Below, piece after piece: positions 1-8,652 of a stretch of 64,000 nt of DNA (position 1 is its first letter; every line of letters begins with the position of its first letter). Below the pieces are notes generated by a model. That model made no database searches and was not told the DNA's origin. It worked only from the letters and a program-made list of their open reading frames with translations. Origin of the DNA: Pseudomonadota bacterium (GTDB lineage: Bacteria; Pseudomonadota; Gammaproteobacteria; Steroidobacterales; Steroidobacteraceae); NCBI GenBank assembly GCA_031398625.1, contig JANNNQ010000447.1:11520-75519 (forward strand). Direction: 5' to 3'. Both the position numbers and the translations under genes were made by a program.

Positions 1-426
1 AACCTCGCCATTGCGCAGGTGAGCGATCTCGGTGAGGACTACATGCCGGACATCCTCGTGACCAGCTACGCGAACGCCGCGCTGCTCAAGTCGAACCAGA
101 AGATCATCTCGGGGATGCCCCGCGAGGACACCTCGAACCTGACGACCAAGGCGGACTTTGGGATGGTCGCGGGCCTGCACATCTGGGCGGTTCCGGCCGC
201 GCGGATGCCTTCGGGTGTCGGTGCTTTCATCGCCGACTCCAACAGCCTCGGGTTCATGGCATGGGAAGACATCCAGTCCCCCGAGTACGCGGGTGACCCG
301 TCGGGCATCCAGACCTGGACCCGCCGCAACCCGGCAGCGACCGACTCGTGGTTGATCCGGACCCGGCGCATCTTCGCCCCGGCCATCAGTGACCCGGCTG
401 CCGCGATCAAGATCACGGGGGTCTGA
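1..426 (+). CDS. major capsid protein, C-terminal part (5' end outside window)
   Basis: Frame 1 is open from base 1 to TGA 424-426. The C-terminus ...IRTRRIFAPAISDPAAAIKITGV resembles HK97-fold capsid ends. It heads the virion operon. Confidence 0.5.
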   Translation, partial: NLAIAQVSDLGEDYMPDILVTSYANAALLKSNQKIISGMPREDTSNLTTKADFGMVAGLHIWAVPAARMPSGVGAFIADSNSLGFMAWEDIQSPEYAGDPSGIQTWTRRNPAATDSWLIRTRRIFAPAISDPAAAIKITGV

Positions 427-428
427 GG

Positions 429-815
429 ATGGCTGACGACACCAAGGCCGACGAGACCAAGGACGACAAGGACGCTTCGGCCGACAAGCCGAAGCCCCGC
501 GCGAAGCCCCGCACCCGGACCCAGATCGCCCGGGACAAGGCCGCTTCCGAGGCGAAGGCCCGCGAGGCGAGCATCCTTGAGACGTCGCCCCTGTGGCAGG
601 TCATCTACCCGACCGGGATCAGCATCAACCGGCCCGATGACGACGAGATCATCGTCGACGTCAACGGCATCGACACCGACGTCGAGGTCATCAACGGTTT
701 CGCGCACATCCCCATGAACGGGCGGGTCCGTGCGGGCTCGCTCGACGAACTGTCGAACTTCAGTGACCTTGCCGGGCAGGGAATGCTCCGCCAGGTCCTG
801 GAGTCGGCCTCCTGA
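429..815 (+). CDS. hypothetical protein next to capsid gene (possible head accessory)
   Basis: ATG lies 3 nt after the capsid stop. 128 aa with a Lys/Asp/Ala-rich N-terminus. The role is guessed from position only. Confidence 0.55.
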   Translation: MADDTKADETKDDKDASADKPKPRAKPRTRTQIARDKAASEAKAREASILETSPLWQVIYPTGISINRPDDDEIIVDVNGIDTDVEVINGFAHIPMNGRVRAGSLDELSNFSDLAGQGMLRQVLESAS

Positions 816-822
816 TCCCTCC

Positions 823-880
823 CTCGCGCGGGTGCCTGCACTCCCGACCCCAATCGAAAGATTGCAGGTGCCCGCGCGGG
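823..880 (+). terminator. long imperfect GC hairpin (attenuator/terminator-like, no U-tract)
   Basis: Arms 823-840 and 863-880 pair over about 18 bp including G-U wobbles, with a 22-nt loop. It sits in the 133-bp gap between 815 and 949. Confidence 0.25.
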
Positions 881-948
881 GAAGGTACGACCCCCAACCA
901 CACCCTCTCTGGAGGTCCGTAATGCGTGCCTCCACCGAGGACTGATCG

Positions 949-2571
949 ATGGCGTACACACCGCCCTACCCCGACGGGTGGCGTGACCTCCCGAACGAGT
1001 CGACGGAGATCGACGCCCGCGCCCTCGACATCATGGACAAGGGCATCGCTGATGCCCATGCCGCGATCGGATCAGGTGGCGCCTCCACCGGGGCAACCGG
1101 AATCCTGTTCGTGTTCTTCAACGAGGTCAGCAAGAATTGGCCGGCCCGGTCCTCCGTCACATCATCCCCGTTGCAGATCGTCGAGTGGGTCGGCAACGCG
1201 CAACCCCCCACGGATGCGGTCGGTGGCGTCGACCGGTGGTTCGGTCCTCTCGCCGGCTCTGGTGTGACCCCCGAGGATTCCACCCCGCCCCCGGTGTTCC
1301 CTGACCCGGTCACTGGTGTGTCGATGACCGCCCCCTCGGGGTCGGTTTCTGGCTCGGTGATATCCCTATCGGCGAGTCTGACGACCACCTCATCAACGAC
1401 TTTCGCCTTCGCTCAGATCGCGGTCCGTGGACCTGCCGGACAGAAGATCGACACCTCGTTCCACCCCAACGTGACCGTCGATGGCACCCTCGTCATGACG
1501 GGTTCCATCACCGCGACCGCCCCCGGGACATGGACCGCATTCGCCACGCACAACATCACCGGCGGCGCAGATCAAGCTTCGTGGGTGGACGGGCCAGCAA
1601 CGACGTTCACCGTCACCGCCCCGACCCCGACACCCACCACCCCCGGCGGTGTTCCCCTTATCGGAATCAGCGGCCTGGCATGGAATTCGGGGACGTTCCA
1701 GGGCGGCAGGTCAGCCAGCGACATGACCTCCTTTGGCACGTGGCGCGGCAGGCCCTTGGACGCGTTCCTGACGTTCAGCGACAGGTGGTCGTGGGCGGGG
1801 ATGTTCGAAATCCAAGCCGACTGGCCGGCCTGGCCCGGGGTGATCATCATCAGCACCCCGCCCCAACCGGACGGGCAGAACTGTGCGGCGACCGCAGCCG
1901 GCACGAATGACCAGCGGTGGCGGGACTACGGTTCCGCGCTGACGGCGGCCGGACTGAACACCGACAAATTCATCGTCCGGGTGTGGGAAGTCAACGGCAG
2001 CTGGTACTCGTGGTCGCTGACCAACAACTCCGAGGCCACGTTCATCGCCGCCATGAAACGCATGTCTACGGCGTTGAAAAGCACTGCCCCGAACGTCAAA
2101 ATCAGCTTGAACTGGAACCGCGGCTATTCCGGTTGGGGTGGCAGCTGGGAGAACGTCACCGAGGCGCTCATCGGGTCCGGCCCATCCGGGCGGTACATCG
2201 ACGTCGTGGGTATCGACTCCTACGACTGGTACCCGGCCCAAAACAACTTGAGCAATTGGAACAACGCGCAAGGTCAGTACCCGTCGATGAGCGCTATGGC
2301 CACGTGGGTGCGGGCCCGGGGCCTGCAGATGTCCCTCGAAGAGTGGGCACTCATCAGTGCCTCGGGTGGTTCTGGCGGTGGCGCGGTCGGTGATGACCCC
2401 TACTACATCGGCAAGATGTGGGACTTCTTCGTCGACAATGCCGACGTCATCGCGTACGAGGGGTACTACAACCACGATGGCGCACCATCGACCCTGCAGC
2501 ACGTCATCACATCCGGGGTCTACCCGAATGCCGCTGCGGCATACCGGTCTTCGACTAGGTGGGGGTCGTAG
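949..2571 (+). CDS. fibre-like protein with C-terminal glycoside-hydrolase-like (GH26-type) domain
   Basis: 540 aa. The N-terminus DLPNESTEIDARALDIMDKGI matches the conserved N-terminal motif of actinophage minor tail proteins. It has a TAPTPTPTTPGG linker, and the C-terminal half carries IDVVGIDSYDWYP and WEVNGSWYSW motifs. Confidence 0.6.
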   Translation: MAYTPPYPDGWRDLPNESTEIDARALDIMDKGIADAHAAIGSGGASTGATGILFVFFNEVSKNWPARSSVTSSPLQIVEWVGNAQPPTDAVGGVDRWFGPLAGSGVTPEDSTPPPVFPDPVTGVSMTAPSGSVSGSVISLSASLTTTSSTTFAFAQIAVRGPAGQKIDTSFHPNVTVDGTLVMTGSITATAPGTWTAFATHNITGGADQASWVDGPATTFTVTAPTPTPTTPGGVPLIGISGLAWNSGTFQGGRSASDMTSFGTWRGRPLDAFLTFSDRWSWAGMFEIQADWPAWPGVIIISTPPQPDGQNCAATAAGTNDQRWRDYGSALTAAGLNTDKFIVRVWEVNGSWYSWSLTNNSEATFIAAMKRMSTALKSTAPNVKISLNWNRGYSGWGGSWENVTEALIGSGPSGRYIDVVGIDSYDWYPAQNNLSNWNNAQGQYPSMSAMATWVRARGLQMSLEEWALISASGGSGGGAVGDDPYYIGKMWDFFVDNADVIAYEGYYNHDGAPSTLQHVITSGVYPNAAAAYRSSTRWGS

Positions 2572-5345
2572 TGGTAACGGTCGCGACATCGAACCCGTGG
2601 GTTTCCCACCGAATCCGCCCGTCGGGCGCGGTCGAAATCCCCATAGAACTCGACTCGGATGCGATCCTCGGCTTGGTCCTCGACGGTGTCACGGACGACG
2701 GGCCAGCCATCAACGCCGCCCTTGACGCGGTCGAGGATGGGGAGCGTGGCGCGCACCTCCTGATCCATGGTGCCGCCGGCCAGATCTGCTACATCAACTC
2801 GATTGTGCAGATGAAGGCCAGTAACTGCATCTTGGACACGGATGTGCCCATCCTGTTCGGGCCGCTGGGGAAGGTGCAGATTTTCGGGGAGGCCGAGGAA
2901 ACCCCGACCCTCTACTCAGACAAGCCCGCCCTGACGGCGGATGCCCCGTCGGGGTCGACGGTGCTGCACCTCGACAGCGTTTCGTACTTCACGGCAGGGA
3001 ATTACATCGGCCTGCGGGGTCACAGGGACGCGAACGGGAAGCCGACGCAGACGTTCTTCAGCTACATCACGGCGGTGAACGTCGGGGCGTTGACGATCAC
3101 CTTGGAAACCCCGCTCGACGAGACATACAAAGCCTTGAACGTCACGACGTGGAGCAACAAGGAATCTCAGGTCACCAGGGTTGAGCAGTCGGCCCTGACC
3201 GGCACCCCCGACCGTGGTGACGTGGTCATCAACGTCGGTTCCTCAGCGGTGTTCTCGGTGGGCGACATCGTGCAGATCATCGACGACACCCCCACCACTG
3301 ATGGGGACCTGACGGAGCAGCCAGGGAACTACGTCCACAAGGAACTGACCTTCATCGTGGCCATCCCCAACGGCACATCGATTCAGCTATCCCACGGCCT
3401 CTACCACTCGTACAACCCTGCAAGGGATGGGCGGGTCGTGCGGATTCGCTGTGTCAACAACTCCGAGGTGCGGAACTTCGTCTGCCGGTGGACGTCGACA
3501 TCCACCGCTTCCTCGCACGCTTTCGAGCTCCGGTACGGGTACGGCAGCGGGTTCAGGAACTGCCGGGCCAAGGGCGTACCCGGGGCCAGCTGGACTACGC
3601 AGGCTTTCCGGTTGACCGACTCCTACGCCTCCTGGGTGAAGGACTGCCGAGCGTCGGGTGCGGACGACGTCACGCCGGGCCGCGGGTACGGTGCGACGTT
3701 CTACGGGTCAACTGAGTGCTTGATCGAAGGCGGACTCTACGAAAGCTGCCGCCACTCCGTGCTTTGGTACAACGGGGCGACCGCGTGCACGGCGATTGGG
3801 GTCAAGTCCAACGACGCCCGGATCAGTGACTTCGACTGGCACGGCGCGGACTGCAACTACAACCAGGCCATCGGCTGCACCGCGACCGGTGGAGACCAGA
3901 ACACCGGCGACTCGTCGATCCGGACGGCCTTCAAGGTCGGGAACCCGAGCCACGTTCTTCCGGGCGACCACTTCAACACGGTCATCGGGTGCAAGGTCGT
4001 CAACTACCAAGGGGTGGCGTTCGAAGTCATCCCCGACGCGCAGGAGAACGTCTTTCGGGACTGCGAAGTCCACGGCGCAGAGGTGGGCATCAAGTCCGGG
4101 CCCATCGTCGAGACACCAACCCTCCTGTCCATGGGGACAGTAGTCAGCGGCGTCCGGTTCTACGACGTGCCCGTCCCGTTCCAGTTGGACGGAGGCGGAA
4201 GCAAGATCCTCACCAAGTGGGTCATCGAAAACAACACGTGGACGAGGTGCGGGCCCTTCGTCGTAGACAACGCGCCAAAGTTTCGGTTCACCCGGAACCG
4301 GATCATCGACCCGGCGATGGGCTCCAACTACTCATTCACCGCAACGGGATGCACCGGAATCCAGGTGAAGGGCAACGACTTCTCCGATGCCCCAAAGGGC
4401 TTCGCGTTCGGGACCTGCCCGGACTTCCGGGTGACCCAGAACGACCTCCACGACCTCACCGCCTCCACCATCGTGTTCCGCGACAACGGCGGCAACGCGG
4501 GCTACCTGTTCAGAGACAACGACTACATCGGGTACACCCCCACCTCGTCGATCGGGACGGCATCGGTCGGGACCATCGAACTCCTCCGCCCTTCCGCTGG
4601 CGGTGGGGGAACGTACCCGCCCGCCGGTGGCGTCCCGTTCGCGGACCTCGACGCGTCCTTGCAGGGCGTCGTCTCCGGCGCCTACGTGTTCCCCGGCGGG
4701 GGCATCCCCGAAACGGACCTCGCCGCGGCTGTGTCGACATCGCTCGGCAAGGCCGACACCGCGTACCAGAAACCGGGCGGCGGGATCCCCGATACCGACC
4801 TCGCCACCCCTGGTGGTGGCGGTTACTCGGCGGACACTCCGGCCGATCACGGCTACGACGAATGGGCGTACGACCCGACCATCGCCCAATCGTCCGCTGT
4901 CGCAACGGCAGGCCGCCTGGAGATGATCCGTGTCCGGGTCGAGTCGACCGGGACCTCGACGGGCTTGGTGTTCAGCGTTGCCACGGCTGGCACTGGCCTC
5001 ACCGCGGCGTACGGGGTCATCTACGACGCCGCCGGCAACCAGTTGGCAATCACCGGGGACATCTCGTCCAGCTTCACCAGTACCGGGGTTAAGTCGGTCG
5101 CGACGGGCGCGAACTACTCCCGGACGGCGGGAGCGGACTTGTACGTGGCCCTGCTGCAGGTCGGCGGCACCCCTGCCGCGCTGCATCGTGCGGTCACGTC
5201 CGCAGGGCTGAGCAACGCGGGCCTCAACGCTGCGGCCGGCTACCGGTTCATGTCGTCCGGGACCGGCCTCACCACACCTCCTGCGACGGTCACCATCTCC
5301 GGTGGGACGTCGTCGTCCAATACGTACTGGGTGGCCATACGGTGA
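2559..5345 (+). CDS. tailspike/depolymerase-like protein with pectate-lyase-type beta-helix domain
   Basis: 928 aa. It has the GVTDDGPAINAALDAV motif of pectate_lyase_3-type tailspikes and repeated GGGIPxTDLA motifs. The start overlaps the upstream stop and the stop overlaps the next start (GTGA). Confidence 0.65.
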   Translation: MGVVVVTVATSNPWVSHRIRPSGAVEIPIELDSDAILGLVLDGVTDDGPAINAALDAVEDGERGAHLLIHGAAGQICYINSIVQMKASNCILDTDVPILFGPLGKVQIFGEAEETPTLYSDKPALTADAPSGSTVLHLDSVSYFTAGNYIGLRGHRDANGKPTQTFFSYITAVNVGALTITLETPLDETYKALNVTTWSNKESQVTRVEQSALTGTPDRGDVVINVGSSAVFSVGDIVQIIDDTPTTDGDLTEQPGNYVHKELTFIVAIPNGTSIQLSHGLYHSYNPARDGRVVRIRCVNNSEVRNFVCRWTSTSTASSHAFELRYGYGSGFRNCRAKGVPGASWTTQAFRLTDSYASWVKDCRASGADDVTPGRGYGATFYGSTECLIEGGLYESCRHSVLWYNGATACTAIGVKSNDARISDFDWHGADCNYNQAIGCTATGGDQNTGDSSIRTAFKVGNPSHVLPGDHFNTVIGCKVVNYQGVAFEVIPDAQENVFRDCEVHGAEVGIKSGPIVETPTLLSMGTVVSGVRFYDVPVPFQLDGGGSKILTKWVIENNTWTRCGPFVVDNAPKFRFTRNRIIDPAMGSNYSFTATGCTGIQVKGNDFSDAPKGFAFGTCPDFRVTQNDLHDLTASTIVFRDNGGNAGYLFRDNDYIGYTPTSSIGTASVGTIELLRPSAGGGGTYPPAGGVPFADLDASLQGVVSGAYVFPGGGIPETDLAAAVSTSLGKADTAYQKPGGGIPDTDLATPGGGGYSADTPADHGYDEWAYDPTIAQSSAVATAGRLEMIRVRVESTGTSTGLVFSVATAGTGLTAAYGVIYDAAGNQLAITGDISSSFTSTGVKSVATGANYSRTAGADLYVALLQVGGTPAALHRAVTSAGLSNAGLNAAAGYRFMSSGTGLTTPPATVTISGGTSSSNTYWVAIR

Positions 5346-5806
5346 GCATCGACCTGAGCACGATCCCGTGGGCGCCGACGCTGGCGAAGGTCGGCGCTCA
5401 CATCCAGTCGAGGACCCGGCACGTGGAAACCAACATCGCGCTAGGGACGTTCACGGCGAACACGTACCCCACCGATGTGCAGGTGAGCGAGGTCATCCGG
5501 TCGGCAGTAAGCATGGTGCAGGGGAAAGTCGGGACACCGATCGTCGCGGCGGCCTACGACCTGTGCGAGACAGCGGCGGCGCTTTGGTCGGCGTATTGGA
5601 CCGAGTTGACTTTCCCAGAGCGGGATTCTGATGTCACCGTGTACCTGCAGCTCCGGGCCGATGCGCTGTTGTTGATGGAGCAAGCCGAAGCGGTGAACAT
5701 CGGGGCGGGCGGCGGAACTCAGGACCCGCCTGACGAGGACGGGTTGGCGAACAACGAGCTGTCCAGCTACTACTTCCCTGCCGCCCCTGGGGAGTACGTC
5801 CTCTGA
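5342..5806 (+). CDS. head-tail adaptor/connector-like protein
   Basis: 154 aa, GTGA-coupled to the upstream gene. Size and position fit a gp6-type adaptor. No diagnostic motif was seen. Confidence 0.45.
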   Translation: MSIDLSTIPWAPTLAKVGAHIQSRTRHVETNIALGTFTANTYPTDVQVSEVIRSAVSMVQGKVGTPIVAAAYDLCETAAALWSAYWTELTFPERDSDVTVYLQLRADALLLMEQAEAVNIGAGGGTQDPPDEDGLANNELSSYYFPAAPGEYVL

Positions 5807-5813
5807 CGAGAAC

Positions 5814-5826
5814 CGGGCCGTTCGCT
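5814..5826 (+). repeat. 13-nt direct repeat CGGGCCGTTCGCT, copy 1
   Basis: An identical 13-mer recurs at 6049-6061. The pair brackets 235 bp of non-coding, highly structured sequence. Confidence 0.7.
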
Positions 5827-5839
5827 ATTCTCGACTCCG

Positions 5840-5952
5840 GCGCCAGTCATCTAGTGGCCTAGGACGTCGCCGGGAGTAGGGATCGAGGCCCAGCGCTTCG
5901 GCGATAAGTGGCACCCCCGGCGAGAACGCGGGTTCGGATCCCGCCTGGCGTT
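5840..5952 (+). ncRNA. tRNA-like cloverleaf element (not a canonical tRNA)
   Basis: 7-8 bp acceptor-like stem (5840-5846 / 5945-5951). Canonical T-arm GCGGG-TTCGGAT-CCCGC (5928-5944). 5-bp hairpin 5850-5863. 8-bp stem 5867-5874 / 5916-5923 enclosing 41 nt. At 113 nt it is too long for a tRNA. Confidence 0.3.
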
Positions 5953-6048
5953 GGTGCTCTGCCGTGGGAAGCCACGGCACCCGTTGCTCAGCGGCATAGC
6001 GCACCGGTGGACGGCCTGCCGCTTCGAGGCTTGCGCGCCTCGGGGTCG

Positions 6049-6061
6049 CGGGCCGTTCGCT
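6049..6061 (+). repeat. 13-nt direct repeat CGGGCCGTTCGCT, copy 2
   Basis: Identical to 5814-5826. Confidence 0.7.
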
Positions 6062-6209
6062 TGTTCGCTCCAACGCAACGGCCGATTCGTTGGATGGGGG
6101 TCCCGCAGATCCACCGGGAGTTGTATCCCCTTTGCAGGTCCTTCTTAAGTGCTGACCCCTGACGAATCCCCCAGATCTATGTGGTGACGTGTGTCACGGC
6201 GCGCACCGA

Positions 6210-6244
6210 CTACGATTCGTGGCAGACAGCGCTACGAATCATGG
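6210..6244. promoter_or_regulatory. dual palindromic operator pair (CTACG-N3-CGTAG type), cassette 1
   Basis: CTACGATTCGTGG at 6210 and CTACGAATCATGG at 6232, starts 22 bp apart. The second copy contains ATG 6241. Confidence 0.6.
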
Positions 6245-6570
6245 AGGCTCTCATGCCCGTCAGGCCCGAACCCACCCAGCCCAACGTCCCCTCGTTCGCG
6301 GAAGACCTCACCCCCGTGGCCGCACCGAAGGGTGCACCGACCCCGGCGGACTACGCGAAGGAGTGGGGCAGCTACCGGGCGCTCCATGACCTCATGGTCA
6401 ACGGCTCTCTCGCCGTCACCACCGGCAACCCCGTCCCTGCCAGCCACCCGATGCTCCGCGACTCTCACGAGGTCGACGAGAACGGCCGCGGCGGTTGGGG
6501 CGACGGCTGGGTGACCTCGAAGGCCGTGGAGCTCACCGGGGACTACCCGGCCCCAGACGACCTGCGCTGA
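6241..6570 (+). CDS. hypothetical virion-module protein
   Basis: The ORF is open from GTG 6181. ATG 6241 is preferred because it sits inside the operator exactly as ATG 25066 does. 109 aa. Confidence 0.5.
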   Translation: MEALMPVRPEPTQPNVPSFAEDLTPVAAPKGAPTPADYAKEWGSYRALHDLMVNGSLAVTTGNPVPASHPMLRDSHEVDENGRGGWGDGWVTSKAVELTGDYPAPDDLR

Positions 6571-6662
6571 TGTTCCGCGCTCTCGGCTCGGTCGTTCTTG
6601 GCGCGCTCTCCTTCGGGGTCGGCACGCTCATCGGCTATCGCATGGCTCGGCCGATCCGATGA
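6570..6662 (+). CDS. 30-aa single-TM peptide
   Basis: MFRALGSVVLGALSFGVGTLIGYRMARPIR. The start overlaps the upstream stop (TGATG) and the stop overlaps the next start (ATGA). Confidence 0.4.
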   Translation: MFRALGSVVLGALSFGVGTLIGYRMARPIR

Positions 6663-7051
6663 GCGTTGTCGTCGTCCTCGACGATGCAGGAATCGACAGC
6701 CTCTTCGGGCCAGCCGGCCCCGTCGCCGAGTTTCACGCCGACGTCGTCACGACGGTGTACGCGCGGGCTCTGGCGAAAGCGCCAATCGGTTCACCGTCGA
6801 AAACCCCGGAAGGCCACCCGGCTGGTTGGTTGCGCAGCCAGATGCATTGGGAGTTCGCGGGGGAACTGACGGCATGGGTTGTCACCGAAGCCGTCTTGTC
6901 CAAAGCCAGCGGACGACCCGGGGATCCCTACGCAAGGTGGATCGAACGACCCCAAGAACGGCCATGGAAACCACCGCCGTTCGCCCGTGACGACCGGCCA
7001 TACCTTGTGCCGGCGCTCGACGAGATCTTCCAGGAATTGGGACTGACATGA
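6659..7051 (+). CDS. head-tail joining protein (HK97 gp10-like, tentative)
   Basis: 130 aa, ATGA-coupled on both sides, positioned between the adaptor and tail genes. Confidence 0.45.
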   Translation: MSVVVVLDDAGIDSLFGPAGPVAEFHADVVTTVYARALAKAPIGSPSKTPEGHPAGWLRSQMHWEFAGELTAWVVTEAVLSKASGRPGDPYARWIERPQERPWKPPPFARDDRPYLVPALDEIFQELGLT

Positions 7052-7236
7052 GCCTTGGCGCGGTTGGCGGTACCCGGATCACGATCCTGGGTCGCGACTA
7101 CTTCATGTACCCGAACGAGAGTGGCGTGGGTTGCTACGTCCAGCCGGTGCCAGTGTTCCCGACCCTGCGGACGAACCTCTGGGACAACCCGGAGCATGAT
7201 GTCGTCGGCGATCTCGTCTTGGCGATGACCAAGTGA
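7048..7236 (+). CDS. hypothetical protein
   Basis: 62 aa, ATGA overlap upstream and GTGA overlap downstream. Confidence 0.5.
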   Translation: MSLGAVGGTRITILGRDYFMYPNESGVGCYVQPVPVFPTLRTNLWDNPEHDVVGDLVLAMTK

Positions 7237-7409
7237 GCGACCTGAGCGACAGCGACCGGGAGGCACTCAAGGCGTACGCCGCTGCCTACCGAGACTTCAA
7301 TGGCGTCGGGTGGATGTTCGCGGTCCTCGTGTTCCCGATAGTCGCCTTGTACTTGGCTGGTTGGGTCGCGGGCATATTGAGGTTCGTGGTTCCGGGAGGG
7401 GTGCAGTGA
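7233..7409 (+). CDS. 58-aa membrane protein
   Basis: VSDLSDSDREALKAYAAAYRDFNGVGWMFAVLVFPIVALYLAGWVAGILRFVVPGGVQ. GTGA-coupled at both ends with one TM helix. Below the ORF-track length cutoff. Confidence 0.45.
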   Translation: MSDLSDSDREALKAYAAAYRDFNGVGWMFAVLVFPIVALYLAGWVAGILRFVVPGGVQ

Positions 7410-7864
7410 CGATCTCCGGTCCCACCTTCGACGTCGAACGTCTAGCCCAGACCTGGGCGAAGGAGTTCCCCGGCCTCGTCGGTACCAGTGCGCCCCTGAT
7501 TGGCGTGCACCTCGTGGACGATGCGCGCTCCCCCCAGCGGGGCGCCATTGCGTCTCTGGCGGCACGTGGCACCCGGGTTGTGGACATGGAGGGCCTCGGT
7601 GATTCGGCGCGGATCTCGTGGGAGGTCAAGGCGGTCGGCGGTTCGACGGGGGCGAAGAATGAGGCGAAGCGCGGGGCCAATGCTCTGGCGTCCGCACTCC
7701 GCACCCTGGTTGGGACCCCCGTGATCGTGACGTCGCCGGGACCGGACGGGGAGACAGCGAGGCTCAGCAATGCGGAGAACGTGAACGGGCCGACGTGGGT
7801 GGGGAGTCCGGGTGGTCAGGCTACGTACCGGGTGGACGCGACGATGGTGTGGCAGCTTCCTTGA
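7406..7864 (+). CDS. hypothetical virion protein (tail terminator-type position)
   Basis: GTG 7406 overlaps the upstream TGA. 152 aa. It is the last + strand gene before the antisense island, and its 3' end overlaps a convergent gene by 44 nt. Confidence 0.5.
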   Translation: MTISGPTFDVERLAQTWAKEFPGLVGTSAPLIGVHLVDDARSPQRGAIASLAARGTRVVDMEGLGDSARISWEVKAVGGSTGAKNEAKRGANALASALRTLVGTPVIVTSPGPDGETARLSNAENVNGPTWVGSPGGQATYRVDATMVWQLP

Positions 7865-8204
7865 AGCCGCGGCAAAGGCAGTAGAAATCCGCGGAGATGT
7901 CGTCCAGTCCGTGCCAGCATTCATCGCCCTCCGCAGGCGTGGCGTGTTCGCTTCGGGGATGACCGCAGGTGCAGGGCGCGTAGTGGTTCAGCAGGACGTC
8001 GATGGTGTCGCACGGCCAACCGGGGCGTTCTGCTTCGTAGCCGCCGAACTCGTCGCCCCTGCACTCAGGCCACGGCCACCCCTTGCTCGGGTGATGTAGT
8101 TCCACGATGGCCCGAAGCGCAGGGTGGTCGACTTTCGCGAGGAGTTGGCGGTGCTGCTCCTCGGCCGCAGCGAAGCGGGCTGCCTCTTCCTCGGCGATGC
8201 TCAC
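7821..8204 (-). CDS. Cys/His/Trp-rich protein (DUF6221-like, tentative)
   Basis: GTG 8204 overlaps the upstream stop (GTGA). 127 aa with HHPSKGWPWPECRGD...WPCDTIDVLLNHY...CTCGH. Confidence 0.5.
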   Translation of the reverse strand: MSIAEEEAARFAAAEEQHRQLLAKVDHPALRAIVELHHPSKGWPWPECRGDEFGGYEAERPGWPCDTIDVLLNHYAPCTCGHPRSEHATPAEGDECWHGLDDISADFYCLCRGFKEAATPSSRPPGT

Positions 8205-8416
8205 TCTTCCCCACCTCCCGGTAGAGGGCCTAAGGCCCGTTTGAGATTCGCCATGGCCGGCCCAGGGCAGACGGCCCCTTCCCAGGTGTTCTTGTGCGCG
8301 ATGAGCACCCCGTAGCTGGTCTGCTGCTTGCCGCACCAGCGGCAGTCCGTGTGCGGCTCAGCGTGACGCATCCCGTCCAAGATGAACTGAGGGATCGGCG
8401 GGTCGGTGCGGCTCAT
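8201..8416 (-). CDS. hypothetical zinc-finger-like protein
   Basis: 71 aa, ATGA-coupled, with DCRWCGKQQTSYGVLIAHKNTW (C2H2-like). Confidence 0.5.
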   Translation of the reverse strand: MSRTDPPIPQFILDGMRHAEPHTDCRWCGKQQTSYGVLIAHKNTWEGAVCPGPAMANLKRALGPLPGGGEE

Positions 8417-8652
8417 CGCCACCGGGACCAAGAGATCAGGCCCGGGTCTGGCTGGAGTGGTGGTGCATCGGCTGGCACCTCTGAATGCGTATGCCTGGCC
8501 AGAAACCGTTCGCCAGCGGCCTCGACTGCAGCCTCGTCGAGTCCTGACACTTCCAGCCACTCACCGCAGTAACACCGCAGGGTTCGGCCGTAGCGAGTCG
8601 TCGTCTGTGGCGTGAGCCAGCGGCCAAGGATTCCTGAGCCTCGCGTCATCAT
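8413..8652 (-). CDS. hypothetical protein
   Basis: 79 aa, ATGA-coupled at both ends. Confidence 0.5.
   Translation of the reverse strand: MMTRGSGILGRWLTPQTTTRYGRTLRCYCGEWLEVSGLDEAAVEAAGERFLARHTHSEVPADAPPLQPDPGLISWSRWR

Noticed and set aside
66-959. A 297-aa ORF on the minus strand overlapping the capsid region. Similar long antisense ORFs occur at 1711-2589, 13156-14310, 15384-16469, 37001-37981, 39586-40620 and 42009-43097.
   Set aside because: These are typical shadow ORFs of 66% GC DNA. They are Arg/Pro/Gly-rich and lie antisense to genes with clear motifs (tape measure, DnaB, DUF5131). They have no coupling to neighbours.
5928-5952. Resemblance of GCGGGTTCGGATCCCGCCTGGCG to the 3' end of tmRNA (ssrA), a common integration target.
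   Set aside because: There is no CCA, no G3-U70 alanine identity in the acceptor, and no tag-reading frame or pseudoknots that I could see. It is kept only as a tRNA-like element.
5825-6073. An 82-aa ORF on the minus strand (and 5908-6162 on the plus strand) in the gap after the adaptor gene.
   Set aside because: GC3 is only about 67%, close to bulk GC, against more than 80% in real genes here. The sequence is dominated by RNA-like hairpins and has no SD or coupling.
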